Assembly: GCA_043727235.1 (NCBI GenBank)
Contig: JAYSYX010000377.1
Span: 1 to 61,337 of the forward strand
Direction: 5' to 3'
DNA: 61,337 bases
DNA from: Bacteroidota bacterium
GTDB lineage: Bacteria > Bacteroidota > Bacteroidia > Chitinophagales > BACL12
Shown: positions 35,577-44,301 of the stretch, in pieces
Layout of the letters: every line of letters begins with the position of its first letter
How positions within the stretch are numbered: the first letter of the stretch is position 1
Made by a program: the position numbers and the translations under genes
Notes under the pieces: generated by a model
Database searches by the model: none
What the model was told of the DNA's origin: nothing
The model's input: only the letters and a program-made list of their open reading frames with translations

Positions 35577-36629
35577 ATGCAGTTCGAAAACAGTACATAT
35601 TTATATTTATTATTTCTGCTTCCTGCGGTTGTGGTATTATTTTATTTTTATGTATCATGGCGTAACGGGGCAATAAAAAAATTGGGTGATGAACATTTGA
35701 TCAATCGCCTGATGCAACAAAATTCGCTGAAAAGAAAATGGATAAAGATCTCTTTATTGGTATTAACATTAGCATTTTTCACTATAGGATTGGCCAATCT
35801 GCGAATGGGGTCCAAAAAACAAAAAATAAGTGGTGAAAGTGCAGAGGTTATTATTTGTTTTGATGTTTCTAACAGTATGCTTGCAACGGATGTAAAACCC
35901 GACAGACTTGAACAGGCAAAACTCACAACGAGTCAATTGATAGATAAACTTTCCTCAAATAAAATTGGTTTGATCGTTTTTGCAGGACAGAGTTACGTTC
36001 AAATGCCTCTAACAAGAGATTCTCGTGCTGCACTCATGTATTTGAATACCATAAATACCGGAATGGTTTCTTCACAGGGGACGGAGATCGGAAAAGCAAT
36101 TGAGACCGCCTTAGTAGAATTTGAAAGTGGTGGAGAGGGAAATTCCAAAAAAGGAAAGGCTATCATTATCATTACTGATGGAGAAAGCCATGATGAAAAT
36201 GCCATTGAAATGGCTAAAAAAGCAGCCGATAAAAATATAAAAATAATAACACTTGGTGTGGGCACCATAACGGGAGGCCCTATTCCGTTAAAAAAAGGAA
36301 CCAATTCTGACGGATTTAAAAAAGATAAACAAGGGAATATTGTTCTTACAAAACTAAATGAACAAATGATGCAGAATCTTGCAGCGGAATCGGGTGGACT
36401 ATATATGAATGTTAGTGAGGGAAGAAAAGTTGTGCAAAAGGTATATGATGAAATTGATGCTCTCGATAAAACAAAAGATGATTCTTTTGAATTTTCTGAA
36501 TATGCAAATCACTTTCAGATATTTTTAGGAATTGGTTTATTGTTGATGACATTAGAATTCTTTTTATCAGACAGAAAACCAAAGTGGCTTGAAAAAATTA
36601 ATTTATTTGACACAGAAAAAAACAATTGA
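35577..36629 (+). CDS. batB: vWA-domain aerotolerance protein BatB
   Basis: 350 aa. ICFDVSNSM (MIDAS), GTEIGKA, IIITDGESH, flanking TMs. It starts immediately after the batA stop. Confidence 0.85.
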   Translation: MQFENSTYLYLLFLLPAVVVLFYFYVSWRNGAIKKLGDEHLINRLMQQNSLKRKWIKISLLVLTLAFFTIGLANLRMGSKKQKISGESAEVIICFDVSNSMLATDVKPDRLEQAKLTTSQLIDKLSSNKIGLIVFAGQSYVQMPLTRDSRAALMYLNTINTGMVSSQGTEIGKAIETALVEFESGGEGNSKKGKAIIIITDGESHDENAIEMAKKAADKNIKIITLGVGTITGGPIPLKKGTNSDGFKKDKQGNIVLTKLNEQMMQNLAAESGGLYMNVSEGRKVVQKVYDEIDALDKTKDDSFEFSEYANHFQIFLGIGLLLMTLEFFLSDRKPKWLEKINLFDTEKNN

Positions 36630-36630
36630 C

Positions 36631-37326
36631 ATGAAATATACACTAGTTATATTTTTATTGTTGAGCTCCAATTTATTGATTGCACAAAAGGAAAATGCAT
36701 CTATTGAGGAGGGAAATAAAAAATACAAAACACAAGATTACAGCGGTGCGCAAAATAGCTATAACGATGCATTGAAAGTAAATCCCGATTCTGATGCCGG
36801 TAATTTTAATCTTGGGAATTCATTATTTCAACAAAAGGATTATGAAGGTGCTTTAGAGCAATTTAGAAAGGCTGCAGAAAACACGAATGATCCTGAAGTG
36901 AGGTCGCAGGCTTATCACAATATGGGCAATACTTTATTGGAACAAAAAAAATATGAAGAAAGTATCAATGCATACAAACAATCATTGCGCAATAATCCTG
37001 AAGATGCGGATACAAAATACAATCTCGCATACGCACAAAAAATGATTCAGCAACAACAACAGCAACAAAATAAGAATCAGGATGACAAGAAAGAGGATCA
37101 GAAAAAAGACGAACAGAAAAAGGATGAGCCGCAGGATCAAAATAAAGAGCAACAACCACCAAAAGATCAGCAACAAGAACAAAAACAATCACAACCTAAA
37201 CAATATACAAAAGAAGAGTTGGAGCGTATAATGCAGGCATTAAATCAGGATGATAAAAATGTGCAGGAAAAGGTAAATAAACAAAAGGTGCAGGCTTCCG
37301 GAGCAGATGCAGAAAAAGATTGGTAA
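36631..37326 (+). CDS. batC: TPR-repeat protein BatC with Gln/Lys/Asp-rich tail
   Basis: I prefer the ATG at 36631 (MKYTLVIFLLLSSNLLIAQ, a signal peptide) over the track start at 36589, which overlaps batB. TPR repeats (YNDALKVNPDSDAGNFNLGNSLF; AYHNMGNTLL) and a QQQQQQQNKNQDDKKEDQKKDEQKK tail. Confidence 0.8.
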   Translation: MKYTLVIFLLLSSNLLIAQKENASIEEGNKKYKTQDYSGAQNSYNDALKVNPDSDAGNFNLGNSLFQQKDYEGALEQFRKAAENTNDPEVRSQAYHNMGNTLLEQKKYEESINAYKQSLRNNPEDADTKYNLAYAQKMIQQQQQQQNKNQDDKKEDQKKDEQKKDEPQDQNKEQQPPKDQQQEQKQSQPKQYTKEELERIMQALNQDDKNVQEKVNKQKVQASGADAEKDW

Positions 37327-37328
37327 TT

Positions 37329-39170
37329 ATGAAAAAGATTCTTACAACCGGTATTTTGATCTTGTGTATTGTGCAAATATTTGCGCAACAGGCATCTTTA
37401 AGTGCCAGTGTGAGTAAACCTAAGGTTGGACTTAGTGAAAGGTTTCAATTAACCATTACGCTGAATAACGGGGGAGCCATAAACGATTTCCGACCACCAT
37501 CCATGCCTGACTTCATGGTAGTTGGAGGTCCTAATCAATCGTCGAGTACAATGATCGTAAATGGAAAAGTGACATCATCTGTTTCCTATTCCTATGTACT
37601 GCAACCAAAAAACATTGGAAAATTTGCTATTGGTGCCGCCTATGGTAAGGTAAACGACAAAACACTTTCCTCTCAACCAATTACAGTAGAAGTGGTAGAC
37701 AAACCAACATCAACACAAAACAATACAACCGATCAAACAACTAAACAAAATGAGACAAATTCTGATATCAATAAATATATTCAGGAAAATATTTTGATAA
37801 AAACGGAAGTAAGTGATCAGGAAATATATAAAGGAGAAGATGTTACTGTTACCTTGAAATTTTGTGTTAAAAAAAATTCCTCCATTTATGGATATAGAAT
37901 TATGCAAGCCGTTAAGGTTCCTAAATACGACGGTTTTTATGCAACGGAAATTGAATTAAGTGAACAAGTGGCACAAACGGAAACAATAAATGGTGAAGTT
38001 TATGAGGTAAGTGCTTTTAAAAAAACGATCCTCACAGCACAAAAAGTTGGAAAATTAGAGATAGATCCGATTACCCTGGACGGTTTATTTGGAGTGCATC
38101 TGAAAAAGCAAAAAACTAAATCAAGTGATCCCATGCAGGATTATTTAGATGATTTTTTTTCCAATCCATTTAATTCCGGAAATAAGGAAGTTCGCACCAC
38201 CGTTTCTTCTTCAACAGTAAAAGTAAATGTATTGGAATTGCCGGCAAATGCCCCTTTTGATTTTAATGGTGCTGTTGGAAAATTCACTATGAAGACAGAA
38301 CTAAATTCATTATCCACTAAAACTGATGAACCACTTACGTATAGAGTAATTATTACAGGCAATGGAAACCTTGAGTTATTTAATGCCCCGCAATTAATTC
38401 TTCCTCCGGGCTGGGAAACATATGAACCAAAAACCTATACAAATGGAAATTCCAAAACCTACGAATATTTATTAATTCCGAGGTCGCCGGGTGAGTTTTC
38501 GATTCCCGCTTATTCATGGTCATTTTTAGATCCTACGAAGAAAAAATACGAAACAATAAAATCTGAACCCTATAAGGTTATCGTTCAGGAAGGCCCTGGA
38601 TATAATCCCTCTGTTGGAAATTATGCCTCGAATAAAGAAGATGTGGAGATGCTGGCAAACGATATCAGGTTTATAAAAAAGACCGGACCAAATTATGAAA
38701 ATGCTGATGCCCGGTTTTATGGAACAGGTGTATTTTACACACTTCTTGGATTGCCTTTTTTTGCAGGGTTAGGTTTATTTATTCTTACCGCAAAACGCAA
38801 AAAAATATTAAATGATCATGTAGCACTTAAATATTCAAAAGCAAACGTTACAGCAAAAAAACGACTCATAAAAGCGAAGGAATTTATTACAGCAAATAAT
38901 CCAAAAGCTTTTTATGACGAAATTATTAAGACCGTGTGGGGATATTTGGGTGATAAACTCAATATTAAACACAGTCAACTTTCAAAGGAAAATATTCAAG
39001 ATGTTTTATTGCGCCATCAGGTGTCAGAAAGCACTTCCAACAATACCTTACATCTTCTTAATACTTGTGAAGTTTCATTATTTGCTCCTCAGTCAGGTTC
39101 TGCTGCGCTCACGGAAGTATATACAGATGCAGTTGACCTAATTACTAAACTGGAAACGGAAATAAAATGA
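37329..39170 (+). CDS. batD: BatD (oxygen-tolerance protein)
   Basis: About 613 aa counted from MKKILTTGILILCIVQIFAQQ (the track start at 37320 is also possible). Large extracytoplasmic beta-rich region, one TM near the C-terminus (FYTLLGLPFFAGLGLFILTA), and the expected operon position. Confidence 0.75.
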   Translation: MKKILTTGILILCIVQIFAQQASLSASVSKPKVGLSERFQLTITLNNGGAINDFRPPSMPDFMVVGGPNQSSSTMIVNGKVTSSVSYSYVLQPKNIGKFAIGAAYGKVNDKTLSSQPITVEVVDKPTSTQNNTTDQTTKQNETNSDINKYIQENILIKTEVSDQEIYKGEDVTVTLKFCVKKNSSIYGYRIMQAVKVPKYDGFYATEIELSEQVAQTETINGEVYEVSAFKKTILTAQKVGKLEIDPITLDGLFGVHLKKQKTKSSDPMQDYLDDFFSNPFNSGNKEVRTTVSSSTVKVNVLELPANAPFDFNGAVGKFTMKTELNSLSTKTDEPLTYRVIITGNGNLELFNAPQLILPPGWETYEPKTYTNGNSKTYEYLLIPRSPGEFSIPAYSWSFLDPTKKKYETIKSEPYKVIVQEGPGYNPSVGNYASNKEDVEMLANDIRFIKKTGPNYENADARFYGTGVFYTLLGLPFFAGLGLFILTAKRKKILNDHVALKYSKANVTAKKRLIKAKEFITANNPKAFYDEIIKTVWGYLGDKLNIKHSQLSKENIQDVLLRHQVSESTSNNTLHLLNTCEVSLFAPQSGSAALTEVYTDAVDLITKLETEIK

Positions 39171-39955
39171 GAAAACAATTTATTTCGACCCTTTTATTTA
39201 TTGCAATTATTTTACCGGCCTTTGGGCAGGCAGACAGCACTTATTCGGATATTGACACAACAACTTTTGTTTATGGCAACGTAATGTATGAAAAAGGTAA
39301 CTATGCAAGATCTATAGAGATATATGAAAATTTATTGACAGAAAACGGTCCCAGTGCAACTCTGTATTACAATCTGGGAAATTGTTATTATAAAACCAAT
39401 AAACTTGCGCTTTCTGTATTAAATTATGAACGCGCATTATTATGTGACGGTAGAAATGATGATATTCAATACAATCTTGAATTAGTGAATTTGAGGATCA
39501 GGGATAAAATGGATCCAATTAATGAATCTCTGGTCAATATCTGGTCGCGCGATTTTATTAAAATTTTCTCTGTTCACCGCTGGGCATTTTTTTGTATTCT
39601 GTTTTTATGGATCTCACTTTCAGGATTTGCCGTTTATCGATATTCAAAAAAGAGAGCGTATCAACGAAATGCTTTTTTTGGAATTGTTATCTCTTTCATC
39701 CTTTTTGTCCTCTCTTTTGTTTCGGCAATAGCGCGAAATAATTATGATAAGAATTATCAGTTTGCCATTGTAATGGCACCCAGTTCCATTGTTAAAAGCG
39801 AACCCAATGAAAGCAGTACAAATATGTTTTTAATTCACGAAGGATTAAAAGTGCAATTACTCGAATCGGATAACGGCTGGTCGGAAATTAAAATGCCCGA
39901 TGGGAATGTTGGATGGTTGAAGAATGAAGATATTGTTAGGGTGAGTGGGGAATAG
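39167..39955 (+). CDS. batE: BatE-like TPR + SH3-type domain protein
   Basis: 262 aa. Signal peptide, TPR (ATLYYNLGNCYYKTNKLALSVLNYERAL), two TMs, SH3b-like end (WSEIKMPDGNVGWLKNEDI). ATGA overlap with batD. Confidence 0.75.
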   Translation: MRKQFISTLLFIAIILPAFGQADSTYSDIDTTTFVYGNVMYEKGNYARSIEIYENLLTENGPSATLYYNLGNCYYKTNKLALSVLNYERALLCDGRNDDIQYNLELVNLRIRDKMDPINESLVNIWSRDFIKIFSVHRWAFFCILFLWISLSGFAVYRYSKKRAYQRNAFFGIVISFILFVLSFVSAIARNNYDKNYQFAIVMAPSSIVKSEPNESSTNMFLIHEGLKVQLLESDNGWSEIKMPDGNVGWLKNEDIVRVSGE

Positions 39956-40050
39956 TGAGTGGGGAGTAGTGAGTGGTGAGTGTCGCTTCGATTGGAACAA
40001 GGACTATGCATCGTGAAATGAGTAATGAGTGGGATCTAAGTAAGCCGAAT
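39941..40050 (+). repeat. Dispersed intergenic element, copy A (gtgagtgg / aatgagta words flanking a unique core)
   Basis: gagtggtgagtgtcgcttcgattggaacaaggactatgcatcgtgaaatgagtaatgagtggg...gccgaatgttt aligns over about 85 nt with the reverse complement of 58901..58995. Confidence 0.7.
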
Positions 40051-40167
40051 GTTTAATCTTTTGACTAATATCTCCTGACAATTAAGTAAGCTTTGGGATT
40101 TTATTGAATTTAAATCCGTGCAATCTGCGAAATCCCTAAAATCTGTGATCCATAATCTCATCCACGA

Positions 40168-40785
40168 TCAAAAATGGAAGAAATTATACGCCACCATAAA
40201 ACTGAAAAAGCCAGTCAGATATCCATAATACACTTCGCGTTCGGTATGGGCTTTTAGTGCGAGACGGGCTGCACCTATACATCCGGCACAAATAATAGTG
40301 ATTATAAATATTCCCATTGAATTATAATGTGCATAGGGCAATAAAATCATTATAGTAGCAATCATTCCCCCGGCACCACTTGCATGCATACTCACTTTCA
40401 GCACCAAAATATTGATCATGAAATTTAGAAAAACAGCAATTGTTGAGGCCAATAAAATAAAGGTGATCGGGGGATAAAATTCTTCCCTATAGAACACATA
40501 AAAGGCCCAGATGTAAAAAAATCCCGCGGTTATGTAGGGAATTATTCTTTCCTGCCTTTCATAAACATTCACCGATTTAATAAATTTTAATGCCGCTAAT
40601 AATAAAATGGTAAATGCAGGAAAAACAAAGGTTAATAAACCCACACGCAACAGCATCAACCCATTCATACCCTGATCGGGATAATCAAAAGGATTGGAAT
40701 AAATAGCGTAAATTGATCCGTATAGAGGTAGCAGTAATGGGATAAAAAGAATGGAGAAAAAGTGACCAAAGATCTTTTTTATCAT
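40168..40785 (-). CDS. Polytopic membrane protein, possibly PAP2-like phosphatase fold
   Basis: 205 aa with about 6 TMs. Loose PAP2-type signature: K-x6-R (KSVNVYER), SMHASG (compare PSGH), ARLALKAHTEREV (compare SR-x5-H-x3-D). 4-nt overlap with rpoN. Confidence 0.4.
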   Translation of the reverse strand: MIKKIFGHFFSILFIPLLLPLYGSIYAIYSNPFDYPDQGMNGLMLLRVGLLTFVFPAFTILLLAALKFIKSVNVYERQERIIPYITAGFFYIWAFYVFYREEFYPPITFILLASTIAVFLNFMINILVLKVSMHASGAGGMIATIMILLPYAHYNSMGIFIITIICAGCIGAARLALKAHTEREVYYGYLTGFFSFMVAYNFFHF

Positions 40786-42266
40786 AATTCCTTTCTTAAC
40801 CTGGCCACAGGAATATCTAGTTGTTCCCGGTATTTTGCAACAGTTCTTCTTGCAATATTATATCCGCGTTTCCGCAAGTCTTCCATCAATTCCTGATCAC
40901 TCAAAGGAATTTTTTTATTTTCTGCTTCTATTAATCCTGAAAGAATTTTCTTTACCTCGCGTGTAGAAACCTCTTCACCTGAATCCGTTGATAAGGATTC
41001 ACTAAAAAAGAATTTTAAGGAATAAGTGCCAAATTCCGTTTGTACATATTTGCTATTGGCAACACGGCTTACGGTTGAAATATCGAGGTTGGTTTTTTCG
41101 GCAATATCTTTTAATATCATCGGGTTCATTTGTGTTTCATCACCCGTTAAAAAGAAATCGTATTGATGCACCATAATTTCATACATCGTACTCCACAAGG
41201 TGTGCTGCCTTTGTTTGATTGCATCTATGAACCATTTTGCCGCATCAATTTTTTGTTTGATAAATAAAATGGCTTCCTTTTGTTTTTTATCTTTTAATGC
41301 ACTTTTTTTATAGTCGACCACCATTTCCTTAAAATCGCGGCTTACATGTAATTCGGGTGCGTTGCGCGAATTTAATTTCAGTTCAAGTTCGCCGTTATTA
41401 TTAATAATTGTAAAATCCGGAATAATATATTGAAAAGCAGCTCCGCCATCTTCTTTTGCAGAGCCTCCCGGTTTTGGATTTAATTTTATGATCTCGCTAA
41501 CGGCAGGTTTTAATTCCTCTTCCTCAACTTTTAAATGTTTTGCTAATTTTTCGTAATGTTTTTTAGTAAATTCTTCAAAATAATTCTCAACAATATTTAT
41601 CGCGGTCTTCACACTTTTAGTATGCAATTTTCTTTCTAACTGCAATAACAAACATTCTCTAAGATCGCGTGCACCAACTCCCGGCGGATCAAATCCCTGA
41701 ATCATATCCAATAATTCAATTATCTCATCCTCATCTGTAACAACATTTTGGGAAAATGCCAGATCATCCACAATAGCAGAAATTTCTCTTCTTAAATATC
41801 CATCGTCGTCAATACTGCCTAAAATTTGTTGTGCAATTTTTTCACGGCGTTCATCCATATCGCACATACCGAGTTGTTTACTCAGGTTTTCGTGAAAAGT
41901 ATCACTTATTGCATATGGAACTGTTTTATTGTCATCATCATCGTCGCCATAATTATCATCCCGCGTTTTATAATCCGCGGTTTCATCGTCGTTGATATAA
42001 TCATCCAGATCAAGTTCATCGTTGGTGGCATCATCTTTTTCGTCCCCGCTTTCCTCCTTTCCACCCTCTTCTTCCCGGAACATTTCTTCGGTGCTGGTAA
42101 GTTCCTCCTCCTCATTATCCCCTTCTTCCAGTGCGGGGTTTGATTCCAACTCCTCCTTAATACGCTGCTCCAATTGATCGGTTGGCACCTGCAACAATTT
42201 CATCAACTGAATTTGCTGTGGCGATAATTTTTGTAATAATTTCTGACTAAGTCTTTGGTGTAACAT
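40782..42266 (-). CDS. rpoN: RNA polymerase sigma-54 factor
   Basis: 494 aa. MLHQRLSQKLLQKLSPQQIQLMKLLQVPTDQLEQRIKEELESNPALEE (region I), an acidic region II, and a C-terminal RpoN box ARRTVAKYREQLDIP. Confidence 0.95.
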   Translation of the reverse strand: MLHQRLSQKLLQKLSPQQIQLMKLLQVPTDQLEQRIKEELESNPALEEGDNEEEELTSTEEMFREEEGGKEESGDEKDDATNDELDLDDYINDDETADYKTRDDNYGDDDDDNKTVPYAISDTFHENLSKQLGMCDMDERREKIAQQILGSIDDDGYLRREISAIVDDLAFSQNVVTDEDEIIELLDMIQGFDPPGVGARDLRECLLLQLERKLHTKSVKTAINIVENYFEEFTKKHYEKLAKHLKVEEEELKPAVSEIIKLNPKPGGSAKEDGGAAFQYIIPDFTIINNNGELELKLNSRNAPELHVSRDFKEMVVDYKKSALKDKKQKEAILFIKQKIDAAKWFIDAIKQRQHTLWSTMYEIMVHQYDFFLTGDETQMNPMILKDIAEKTNLDISTVSRVANSKYVQTEFGTYSLKFFFSESLSTDSGEEVSTREVKKILSGLIEAENKKIPLSDQELMEDLRKRGYNIARRTVAKYREQLDIPVARLRKEL

Positions 42267-42426
42267 TTCTTATTAGATCTAACCCGCCCCAAATTTACCC
42301 CGAAATTATTTCTGTTTAGGTTGTTTTTACTCTTGTATGAAAAGAAAAATTTGATTATTGATTTCAACTCCTCCTTCTTCATCACCAAAAATTCATCGTA
42401 ATTTTGCACCCATTAATTTTTATTAT

Positions 42427-43962
42427 ATGCGAATAGAAAAATTTCAATACATAAGAGAATTACATGAATTTGAAGGTAAAGAGGTTACCCTTAAGGGTTG
42501 GGTGAGCAATAAACGGGAAAGTAAAGGGCTTGTTTTTATTATTTTACGTGATGGAAGCGGATTTTCACAATGTGTGGTAGATGCCAATAAGGTTGATCCG
42601 GAGGTTTTTGAATCGGCAAAAAAATTAACCATGGAAAGTTCTCTTTCGCTTTTAGGAGTAGTGGTTAAAGATGAGCGCCAGGTTGGTGGTTTTGAAATTC
42701 AGGTATCAGGTTTGGAAATTATTCAAATTGCGGAAGAATATCCTATTGCAAAAAAAGAACATGGAATTGAATTTTTAATAGATAATCGCCATTTATGGCT
42801 TCGCAGTAAAAAACAATGGGCAATGATGCGTTTGCGCAACAGGGTGATCTTTGCAATACACAACTTTTTTCAACGGAATGATTTTTTGCAAATGGATGCC
42901 CCGATTTTTACGGGAAATGCATGTGAAGGCACCTCCACCCTGTTTGAGACCGATTTTTACGGACGACCGGCATATCTGAGTCAGAGTGGACAGTTATATG
43001 GCGAATCTCTGGCATTTGCACATGGTAAAATTTATACTTTCGGACCAACTTTTCGCGCTGAAAAAAGTAAAACAAGACGACATCTCTCTGAATTTTGGAT
43101 GATAGAACCGGAAATGGCTTTTTATGATCTTGATATGGACATGGATCTAATTGAACAGTTTTTGAAATCGGTGGTTGCCGATGTTTTGGAAAATTGCAAG
43201 GAAGAACTAGAAATTTTAGAACGCAACATATCATTTTTAACCAATGCAGTTTCATTACAATTTCCAAGAATTCATTATGATGATGCAGTGAAAATTATAA
43301 GAGGAGAAAAAGATGTGGATGGAAAAAACAGCATTAAAACCTTAGAAAATGATCTCCTTGATCTTAAAACAAAGATCACAACGTTAGAAAATGAAATATC
43401 CGAACGCGAGAATAAAATTAGTGGTGGCACTTTAAAACAAGGGGAGATAAATTTCAATAAAAATAAGATCGATACGCTGAAAAATGAGATAAAAGACCTG
43501 CAGGAAAAAGCCGATAATATTCCTCAATGGCTTCTCTCCGCTCAAAATTTTGAACACGGAAATGATTTCGGTGGATCTGATGAAACAGTCTTAACGAGAT
43601 TATTCGCTTGTCCCGTTATGGTTTACAATTGGCCGGCTGCAATAAAGGCATTTTACATGAAACGCGATCCGAAAGATCCGAGGTATGTGAAAGGTGTTGA
43701 TGTTCTTGCACCCGAAGGATATGGCGAAATAGTTGGCGGTGCTGAGCGCGAAGATGATCACGATATGTTGCTCGAACGAATCAAACATGAACAATTACCG
43801 GTCGAAGCATTCCAATGGTATCTCGATCTGCGCAAATATGGTTCTGTTCCACATGCAGGTTTCGGCCTCGGGCTTGAACGCATGGTAATGTGGATCAGCG
43901 GTAGTCAGCATATCAGAGAGTCTATTCCTTTCCCAAGATTTTACGGAAGGTTGGAGCCATGA
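42427..43962 (+). CDS. asnS: Asparagine--tRNA ligase (Thermus/archaeal type) with a ~65-75 aa coiled-coil-like insertion
   Basis: I prefer the ATG at 42427 (MRIEKFQYIRELHEFEGKEVTLKGWV); the track start at 42358 adds a low-complexity extension. Class II motifs: FGPTFRAEKSKTRRHLSEFWMIEPE, GYGEIVGGAEREDD, GFGLGLERMVMW. Confidence 0.9.
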   Translation: MRIEKFQYIRELHEFEGKEVTLKGWVSNKRESKGLVFIILRDGSGFSQCVVDANKVDPEVFESAKKLTMESSLSLLGVVVKDERQVGGFEIQVSGLEIIQIAEEYPIAKKEHGIEFLIDNRHLWLRSKKQWAMMRLRNRVIFAIHNFFQRNDFLQMDAPIFTGNACEGTSTLFETDFYGRPAYLSQSGQLYGESLAFAHGKIYTFGPTFRAEKSKTRRHLSEFWMIEPEMAFYDLDMDMDLIEQFLKSVVADVLENCKEELEILERNISFLTNAVSLQFPRIHYDDAVKIIRGEKDVDGKNSIKTLENDLLDLKTKITTLENEISERENKISGGTLKQGEINFNKNKIDTLKNEIKDLQEKADNIPQWLLSAQNFEHGNDFGGSDETVLTRLFACPVMVYNWPAAIKAFYMKRDPKDPRYVKGVDVLAPEGYGEIVGGAEREDDHDMLLERIKHEQLPVEAFQWYLDLRKYGSVPHAGFGLGLERMVMWISGSQHIRESIPFPRFYGRLEP

Positions 43963-43970
43963 TCTAGCGA

Positions 43971-44003
43971 ATTGAGGCTCTCACTCCCAGTGAGGGCCTC
44001 AAT
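43971..44003 (+). repeat. H2-family stem-loop, copy 2
   Basis: attgaggctctcact / ccc / agtgagggcctcaat forms a 15-bp stem with one G.U in plus-strand sense. It starts 9 nt after the asnS stop. Confidence 0.75.
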
Positions 44004-44011
44004 GGAGCGGC

Positions 44012-44281
44012 GGGAATGAGTAATGAGTTATGAATAATGAGTAGGCAGTCGACCACCGAATATTGTATCCTCCGAAATAAACTTTATTGGCGAAATCTAA
44101 TTATCCTCTACACTAGGAGTAAACTCATAACTCATCACTCATGTAAGCAGGGAATGAGTAATGAGTTATGAATAATGAGTAGGCAGTCGACAGCCGAATA
44201 TTGTATCCTCTGATATGAAACTTTAGTGGAGAAATCTTAGTATCCTCCCTACACGAAGTAAACTCATTACTCATTACTCAT
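44012..44281 (+). repeat. Two tandem ~131-nt units (period 138), each with terminal inverted aatgagta / tactcat word arms
   Basis: Unit 1 is 44012..44142 and unit 2 is 44150..44281. Both begin gggaatgagtaatgagttatgaataatgagtaggcagtcgac and end gtaaactcat(a/t)actcat(c/t)actcat. The arms are mutually complementary over about 22 nt. Confidence 0.8.
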
Positions 44282-44301
44282 TTTTCATTAATTTTACCAT
44301 C

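Noticed and set aside
36982-37188. Antisense ORFs across low-complexity coding segments (36965..37192 and 36982..37188 in batC; 41826..42143 and 41906..42115 in rpoN; 35024..35383 and 35999..36304 in batA/batB; 59553..59981 in the second moxR).
   Set aside because: They are antisense or off-frame readings of well-supported genes. Their peptides are homopolymer-like or hydrophobic noise.
42358-42426. 23-codon N-terminal extension of asnS (MISTPPSSSPKIHRNF..).
   Set aside because: The conserved AsnRS N-terminus (MRIEKF..GWV) begins at the ATG at 42427. The extension is low-complexity and would overlap the rpoN upstream region.
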